From Oopsacas minuta (lineage: Eukaryota > Animalia > Porifera): DNA of 5,433 nucleotides. The notes below the pieces were generated by a model. The model was not told the origin of the DNA. It saw only the letters and a program-made list of their open reading frames with translations, and ran no database searches. Every line of letters begins with the position of its first letter. Position 1 is the first letter of the stretch. This document shows, one piece after another, positions 1-5,433 of this stretch. The DNA is taken from assembly GCA_024704765.1 (NCBI GenBank), contig JAKMXF010000203.1, forward strand, positions 1-5,433. Reading direction: 5' to 3'. Made by a program: the position numbers and the translations under genes.

Positions 1-119
1 TTTTGTCGAGTTAGGAAGTTTAATGACTACGATTATGGCATATTCATATTTGTCATATGTAGAAAAGTGCTAGTTTTAAATTCTCCATCCCCCCAGAAAA
101 TTACGGATCTACGCCCCTG
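1..119. mobile_element. Terminal fragment of a Tip100-like hAT element (right-hand end on + strand; element continues off the left edge)
   Basis: Ends in ...CCATCCCCCCAGAAAATTACGGATCTACGCCCCTG (119). The reverse complement begins CAGGGGCGTAGATCC and is followed by a GGGGGGATGG subterminal motif. It shares the AGGGGCGT core with the terminus at 2979, which belongs to a recognisable Tip100-like transposase. The inner boundary cannot be determined. Confidence 0.6.
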
Positions 120-186
120 TTGGGTACTCCAGTGTATTGGATTTTTGGGGAATGGGTCGCTGCGCAAAAAGGTTTGAGAACCACTA
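120..186. mobile_element. Terminal fragment of a Charlie/Buster-type hAT element (right-hand end on + strand)
   Basis: 167-186 AAAAGGTTTGAGAACCACTA; its reverse complement TAGTGGTTCTCAAACCTTTT matches the Charlie/Buster-type TIR (CAGTGGTTCTCAAAC-like) and is 17/20 identical to the terminus at 3784-3803. It is preceded by a GGGTCGC subterminal motif. The flank TCCTAAAT (187-194) has the central TA expected for this group's 8-bp targets. Confidence 0.75.
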
Positions 187-375
187 TCCTAAATGCTTAA
201 TATACTGTGATTTGCTCTGTGTTTGCCATCTTAATAATGGTTAGTTCGTTATCTGTTACATATCTATTTCGTTTTACGGAATTTACGTTGGAGAATTTTC
301 ATTGCTCAGAAGTTTTGTCACTCAACTTTTAGTTATTGATATATACGGGTATATTACAGGACTTTGCATAAATCA

Positions 376-482
376 TTTTGATTTTTTTTAATTTATTTAA
401 TATCAGGACTTTTGATTGATTTTGGGTTAAATTTAATAATTTGATTTTTGATTGTTCTGAATGAGTTGATTTTGATTGATTT
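376..482. repeat. Low-complexity TTTTGA/TTGA-rich tract
   Basis: Many TTTTGA and TTGATT motifs. TTTTGATTGATTT occurs at both 410-422 and 470-482. Strongly T-rich on the + strand. Confidence 0.5.
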
Positions 483-1044
483 ATCGGATTCTAATGAATG
501 CTAATTAATTCATAATATTGTGTATTTACTTTCTCATATTTATGTGTATGTTCTTCCACCCTAGTATATTATCTTGCTTAGTATGGACAATGGAATGTAC
601 AATAGTGGGTATATGTTCGTTTTGTCGTTCCTTTTCACCCCCATTTGGTAACCTATGTAATTAGAGAAAATCTGCTAAATAGAGACCCTAACTAACTAGA
701 TCACTTTCTTAGGAACAATTCAATACAATAATCTGATTGTCCCGGTTTAAGGGATAATATGTATTCAAATACTATCGGCTCGCTTATTAGTGTTACTTCA
801 GAATCAGTCATATTGATCCTTTAAAAGTAATCGGTTACAAATAAATAGTCGGGATATTGGAGTAGAAAATATGGCTCGCCACACTAATTATTTCTTCGGA
901 ATTGGGTGTGATTTGAATATGACTTTTGATCATTTTGAGGCTGAAACAAAATGATTGATGATTGATGTTTTCAATGTCACGTTTTGAATGATTAGATTTT
1001 CATTGATTTTACATCACAGATTTTTTCAATCATTTTTGTATTAT

Positions 1045-1192
1045 AAATAACTTTAATATAGCTCAGCTTTGCTATAGTACAATTTTTGTGTATTAGCTTT
1101 TCTGTCTACGAGGAAAGGTCATTTTTCGGATTAGTGAAAGTAACCTTCGAATGACCGTATGGGGTTTTGTATTGCATAAACTGTACCATAGC
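1045..1192. mobile_element. Truncated, diverged copy of the MITE at 3218-3391 (same orientation)
   Basis: Aligns colinearly by eye with 3218-~3363, for example ATAGCTCAGCTTTGCTATAGTACAATTTTTGTGTATTAGCTTTTCTGTCTACGAGGAAAGGTCATTT versus AAAGCTCAGCTATACTATAGTGCATTTTTTGTGTAGTAGCTTTCTATCTTCAAGGAAAGTCATTT, then shared CCTT(TT)CGAATGA and ATTGCA(T/A)AAACT. Similarity stops near 1192, so the outer right TIR is missing. Confidence 0.8.
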
Positions 1193-1457
1193 ATTCTAAT
1201 ACACTAATGCATATGCACTGACTAAAATTCTTTGACCATGGATTGGTTCAACAAGTCAATTTTTTATTTACCCCATATTCCATTCTTGTTATCCTTTGGT
1301 TGTTATTGATACACAAATAGTCTCAGCAATGCAAAACAATCATATAACTTGTTACATTATCACCAGGAATGTGTTCGCAGATGAAATTCTTACTGACCCT
1401 TAGTCATTCTATTCACAATTAATTTTATCTATGAATGACCCATGATTGTTATATTCA

Positions 1458-2375
1458 ATATTCAACACATCTACGGATCACTGATAGCTGTTCTTGTCCT
1501 GTAATATCAGTAGTTCCATCGGTATATAATATGAAGTATTAACATTTTTTTCTTCTGCAACAATTTGTCGTTGAACATCATGAGCCAATAGCTATATAAT
1601 TTCATTCTGAATATCTGATTAGATATATTCCAAACGTTGGATGAAAGACACTTCGCCAGACTAGTACTATCAGTTGAGCGCAGTTTCATCAACTTATATA
1701 ATAAACCGGAATCTGTACATGGCCTCGAACCGGCAACGTACCTTCCTCCAGAATTTTTAGACTAGTTGTCACTTTGACTAGAAAGCTTCGCCACTCTTCT
1801 GGTGGATCCATTATTGCTGCATCTAGTAGGGCGGAAATGGTATCTTGCCCCTTGGCAAACAACGGCATTTCTAGAGCAACTTTATTTTGGCGTGAATTCT
1901 TGTGATCATTGAACATTTCAATTGCCTTTTTCCAATTGCATAACCCGATATAAATTTTAGTGAAGGCTGGTTCAATATTTAAATAATTTGGAAATTTCCG
2001 CTCTTGTAGAGTTTTGGCACCTGGGAGGCATATGACGATTTCGCGTTCTCGTGCATAATACAAGAAATCGTAAGTTTCAAACCGATGCATTTGGGCTTAA
2101 GACTAATCGGATGATTTTTCCCACCAACTCTTACAGGTAAACGTTTGCAGTCATGAGGAATATAGCGTTCTTCGGGACATAATGAATTTCCTAATTCAGC
2201 TTCTCCAATACGATTTCATGATCTAAATCCTTAGATGTAATAGAGCCTGCGGTTGGTTGTTGTTCTATATCAAAATGCTGCTCTTGTTCAGCGTGAGATG
2301 TAAATCCACTTGAATTTTGATTCGTATTCGTAATCTTACACATGTCCACAAGGGATAATTTCCGATGTCTCTTGT
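1458..2375 (-). pseudogene. Frameshifted 5' part of a Tip100-like hAT transposase (ZMYM1/ZNF862/THAP12-type: TTF-type zinc finger, DUF4371 region, first catalytic Asp)
   Basis: Manual translation across frames gives, in the expected order: KRHRKLSLVDM; LPVRVGGKNHPISLKPK; FLYYAREREIVICLPG; AFTKIYIGLCNWKKAIEMFNDHKNS (GFxNWKKA-F--H motif); FLVKVTTSLKILEEGTLPVRGH (LARQGLPLRGH-like); DSGLLYKLMKLRSTD; SDIQNEII*LLAHDVQRQIV (SPxIQNEI-like); YFILYTDGTTDITGQEQLSVIRRCV (FSIMADETTD-EQLS motif, Asp at 1518-1520). Track ORFs 1689-2090 and 1507-1692 are pieces of this. The 5' boundary is approximate. Confidence 0.88.
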
Positions 2376-2979
2376 GATTGTGTATACCAGAGGAACAAGC
2401 CGTGATTTCAATTTATTCGCAGAGTAGAAAAAGCCACACAAACAAATTTAAATCTGCCTATAAAAGACAAATATAAACTATAGGATATTCATTGCTTATG
2501 TAGTACTAGTGTAGTTGGTAATCAGCAGCCATGAAATATGGAAAATTACTTTTAACAAGTTTTGTTGATAATAGTAAATTATTACTATACATGTGAGGTG
2601 CCAAATGCACCACTAGAGAATATGAATATATAACTCCAGCAGTCTTCAACCAATGACTGGACGTGTGAAGTTTCTGTTGTAAATACTTCCCAACTTGCAA
2701 CAACATTATAATAAGAAAATAACTATAAACAAAGTATGAAGGGGGAGATAATACTCCGATAATCCTCCCATCTTAGTTGCTTTATAATTATTTTCAGACA
2801 AGTATCGAGAATGCCGAACCGGGTGTAAACTATTGTGCATTAGATCCCTCCTAAATTAGCAGAATGTTCTAATATATTCGAAAATATTTTAACACTCAAC
2901 ACAATTATAGGAGGGTTATCCCCCCTGTCTAAATCGTGGGGGGCGATGAATACCCCCATCCCCACTTCTAACGCCCCTA
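1458..2979 (-). mobile_element. Tip100-like hAT DNA transposon fossil, 5' terminus retained, 3' part missing
   Basis: The minus strand from 2979 reads TAGGGGCGTTAGAAGTGGGGATGGGGGTATTCATCGCCCCCCACGATTTAGACAGGGGGGATAACCCTCC, a hAT-type terminus with repeated GGGGAT...CCCC subterminal motifs (another at about 2740-2772). It lies about 600 bp upstream of the transposase remnant in the correct orientation. Linking this terminus to the transposase is inference. No matching second TIR was found. Confidence 0.7.
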
Positions 2980-2999
2980 CCCATACTAATATACACCCA

Positions 3000-3720
3000 T
3001 AGGGTCGCATATACACATGTTTTCACTGTAGATTTCTGGTTCGCTATTTTTGCACTTCTCAGTATGTATATTTCAATTGCAGTTTAAGTTTAAGTTTAAC
3101 CCTCGAAACAACTGCTTGGCGGTTGATGCTCGGATACATTTGCTACTTTGTTGCTCAAGTAGGGCTTACCAATTTATATTTCTGCTTCATTGTCTAGTAA
3201 ATGCCATATAGTATCTACAATTACTTATATAAAGCTCAGCTATACTATAGTGCATTTTTTGTGTAGTAGCTTTCTATCTTCAAGGAAAGTCATTTATTGA
3301 GATTAATGAGAGTCACCTTTTCGAATGAGGATATATGGTTTTATTGCAAAAACTATACTATGCTATAGCTCAGCTATTTATAAGTAATTTCTAGTATCTA
3401 TATGTTGAAATATGTGATTAATTTGTGAATTTTCAATCTTTGCTAAATATTCATGGCGTAATATTCACACCACTAGTATGCCCTTTTTGGAATTTTTTGT
3501 TAGCTATTCGATTTTTTGATCGACAAATTCTTTAATATTTTCAACCTTCTTTCATGCATATTGGCTGAGTTGTGACCAATTGCAATCCCAAAAAGTTGAC
3601 AAAGACGTCATATTACTTCTTACTTGTGAATTTTTGTTCAAGACTTGAATTATCTGAGCCACCTCCAAAATATCCCTACATGACCAATTTCAGCTTTTTG
3701 TCTTTATATGTTCTTTAATC
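3000..3720 (-). pseudogene. Possible highly decayed Penelope-like retroelement RT-region remnant, interrupted by the MITE
   Basis: One minus-strand frame over about 3720-3400 has only four stops and includes LTKNSKKGILVV*ILRHEYLAKIEN, resembling the Penelope-like ITKPDKG-GVVIL---DY-AKM motif. Beyond the MITE, another frame reads MYPSINRQAV (about 3135-3105), resembling the DVxxMYPSI motif. The spacing between the motifs is too short unless there is a deletion. Motif recall only. Confidence 0.28.
3218..3391. mobile_element. 174-bp MITE with 33-bp imperfect TIRs and a 9-bp TSD (Mutator/MULE-like by TSD length)
   Basis: 3219-3251 AATTACTTATATAAAGCTCAGCTATACTATAGT matches the reverse complement of 3357-3389 (AATTACTTATAAATAGCTGAGCTATAGCATAGT) at 28/33. 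A perfect direct repeat TAGTATCTA flanks it at 3209-3217 and 3392-3400. No coding capacity. A second copy is at about 1045-1192. Superfamily assignment rests only on TSD length. Confidence 0.85.
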
Positions 3721-3783
3721 AGTTCTATACATATATACAAATCTATCTACTTACATACCTTAATTCTCTTTAATAGTCTAGAA

Positions 3784-5285
3784 CAGGGGTTCTTAAACCT
3801 TTTGCCCCATGCCCCCTTTGCCAATCTTTGAATCATCACGCCCCTACACTTCTTCTGACTAACTAATTGGAAAACACAACAATTTCTAATATAGTTAAGA
3901 ATCTCAATATAGTATAACAGCTCCATCAATGTGATGGATATAACTGGTTGTTTTCAACAAGTCTTTTAATCCTTGGGGATGTCTCAGAGAGAACACAACG
4001 CATGTCATTTCCTACGTCCATCCTGATACGGTACCTATTCTTTATGTGCACTAGTGTCGAAAATGCACTTCACAGAGATATGTTGAAGAAAACTTAACGA
4101 TCACACGCAAGACTAGTAGACTGACATTATGATATATTTCTAAATATTTGAGCCAGAACTCCTCTAATGAAAATCTGTTGAAATCATCCTTTGCAGAAGA
4201 GTCTCACTTCATATCCAAAAACTCTTCCTGAATGGCCATAGGGACATCTTCACGCATCAGTGAAAATGGATTCCGGATGAGCTTCCTTTCTGAAATCTCT
4301 TCTTCAATATCCGGAAAATATCGACAGAATTCATCTCTAAGCACTTGAAGATAAGTCTGAATTAATTGTTGAAAATTATCATCGGGGAGTTTATCCTTGA
4401 GAGCCTCATCAAGATGTGAAAATGGTCCTGGATTTCGATCCGAGATTTGACGCTTCCATAAGTGCAACTTGGCATCAAAGCTCGAATGGCATCGTAATGA
4501 TAGACAATATTGCTGTTCTTGCCTTGTAGTTGGCGTTTGAGCTTGTTTAAGGCCTCAAAGATATCAATGAGGTATGCTAAATCTAAATATAACTCAAACT
4601 CCTCAGAGTGTAAAATAGCAAGGAGGTCAACTTCTTCTGGTCTTCTAAAAATACCTTAACTTCATCTTTTAATTCATAAAATATCTTTAGCATGTTCCCT
4701 TTTGAAAGCCAGCGTACTCCAATGTCATGACAGAGCCTCGCAAATAATTGTGTATTCAGGGCCTCACCTTTTGTGAAGTTAACTAACTTTATCACAGAAT
4801 TGAGTGAGTTCATAAGCTCTACTGGAAGGGTCGTGCTGCAAGTGCTTCACGATGAATGACGCAATGAGTTCCAACAACTGAAGGACTCTTCCGTTTGATC
4901 TTTGTAACAAATCCAGAACGAGCACCTAACATTGCTGGAGCTCCATCTGTGTAACACCAACTAATCTGTCCCAAGAGAGATTGTTTTCCTCAAACAATTT
5001 TGACACCACAGCAAGAACATCATCTGCTTTAGTAGTTGTGCCCATTCGGCAACATAACATCATCTCCTCCTTCAGGGTTCCATTTCCAATCAACCGTGCA
5101 TATACAAGCAATTGAGAGCACTGGGACACATCTGTAGTCTCGTCCCACTGAATTGCGAAGAATGGCGAAGATCGAAACTTTCTCCAACACCTGGGTTTTA
5201 ATATCATCTGCCATTTCTTCAATTTGAAGCTTAACAGTAGAGTCTGATAGCGAAATTTCAGATAACTTATGATAGCTATCCCCTC
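3784..5285 (-). mobile_element. Charlie/Buster-type hAT DNA transposon fossil, 3' terminus retained
   Basis: TIR CAGGGGTTCTTAAACCTTTT at 3784-3803, immediately preceded by GTCTAGAA (3776-3783), which fits the NTCTAGAN target consensus of Charlie/Buster elements. The terminus lies 142 bp downstream of the transposase stop codon (3926-3928). Confidence 0.9.
3926..5285 (-). pseudogene. Disrupted Buster/Charlie hAT transposase (ZBED5/SCAND3/FAM200-like DDE domain plus C-terminal dimerisation region)
   Basis: Reconstructed across frames: KLSEISLSDSTVKLQIEEMADDIKTQVLEKV / RSSPFFAIQWDETTDVSQCSQLLVYAR...LSWDRLVGV / TDGAPAMLGARSGFVTKIK...GTHCVIHREALAA / TLPVELMNSLNSVIKLVNF...VRWLSKGNML..FYELKDEV / LAYLIDIFEALNKLKRQLQGKN / AKLHLWK...FCRYFPD...IRNPF...QEEFLDMK*DSSAKDDF...LEEFW...FSSTYLCE / AFSTLVHIKNRYRIRMDVGNDMRCVLSETSPRIKRLVENNQLYPSH*. 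Frame changes near 5177, 4952, 4832, 4620, 4478 and 4068; in-frame TGA at 4204-4206. Track ORFs 5029-5304, 4926-5222, 4583-4813 and 4204-4467 are pieces of it. Confidence 0.95.
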
Positions 5286-5300
5286 TCCAAGGGGGTGCCT

Positions 5301-5433
5301 GCATTAGGTCGAATTACGGTGTTGGCATTAGGTAGAATTCCGTGTGTTGGCATTAGGTCGAAATTTATATGTATGCATTAGGTCGAATTTCGTGTGTTGG
5401 CATTAGGTCGAAATTTATATGTATGCATTAGGT
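5301..5433. repeat. Minisatellite, 24-25-bp unit with core GCATTAGGTCGAA, continuing beyond the window
   Basis: Units start at 5301, 5325, 5350, 5375, 5400 and 5425 (partial). Tails alternate between ...TT(C/T)CGTGTGTTG and ...ATTTATATGTAT. The 50-bp dimers 5325-5374 and 5375-5424 are 48/50 identical. Confidence 0.95.

Noticed and set aside
871-954. Short + strand ORF MARHTNYFFGIGCDLNMTFDHFEAETK and other frames in 187-1045
   Set aside because: Too short, with no recognisable motif and no convincing splice or codon evidence.
1272-1279. CCCATATT as TSD partner of CCCATACT (2980-2987)
   Set aside because: It is a 7/8 match but has no adjacent AGGGGCG-type TIR, and such a match is expected by chance.
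2506-2706. 66-aa ORF
   Set aside because: No recognisable motif. It lies in the AT-rich 5' non-coding part of the hAT fossil and is a length expected by chance.
105-2979. Termini at 119 and 2979 as the two ends of one element
   Set aside because: Both are in the same orientation, so they are not inverted repeats, and their 8-bp flanks differ (TTGGGTAC versus CCCATACT).
3082-3099. (GTTTAA)3 microrepeat
   Set aside because: Three copies of a hexamer in AT-rich DNA; trivial slippage product.
3838-3846. ACGCCCCTA as another Tip100-like terminus
   Set aside because: It lies 55 bp inside the Buster terminus, where C-rich subterminal motifs are expected. It lacks the GGGGAT subterminal context and has the wrong orientation to pair with 2979.
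3747-3929. 60-aa ORF
   Set aside because: It starts at the transposase stop and runs through the subterminal region, across the TIR and into flanking DNA, so it is an artefact.
3926-5304. Domesticated host gene (ZBED5/SCAND3/FAM200-like) or several independent small genes
   Set aside because: The ORFs are consecutive out-of-frame pieces of one transposase with at least six frameshifts and a stop. The TIR and target site are retained, as expected for a dead transposon. There is no sign that the frame changes are introns or programmed frameshifts.
5301-5433. CRISPR array (constant core with variable intervening sequence)
   Set aside because: The variable parts are only 11-12 bp and recur (A/B alternation) rather than being unique spacers. 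There are no cas genes and the context is eukaryotic transposon DNA.

Overview
AT-rich eukaryotic (probably invertebrate; inference) DNA made up almost entirely of decayed transposons, with no intact host gene. Main contents: (1) two hAT termini nested at the left edge, a Tip100-like end at 119 and a Charlie/Buster-like end at 186. (2) A minus-strand Tip100-like (ZMYM1/ZNF862-type) hAT fossil with one terminus at 2979 and a frameshifted transposase traceable from about 2375 to 1458. (3) A 174-bp MITE at 3218-3391 with 33-bp TIRs and a perfect 9-bp target-site duplication, plus a diverged, truncated second copy at about 1045-1192. (4) A minus-strand Charlie/Buster-type hAT fossil with its terminus at 3784, an NTCTAGAN target site, and a transposase from about 5285 to 3926 broken by at least six frameshifts and one stop. 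(5) A 24-25-bp minisatellite with an alternating two-unit (50-bp) higher-order pattern running off the right edge. A weak Penelope-like RT remnant may lie at about 3000-3720. Most ORFs in the supplied track are frameshifted pieces of the two transposases. I see no good evidence for a new functional system. The most likely undescribed items are the MITE family and the minisatellite, which may derive from a transposon terminus.
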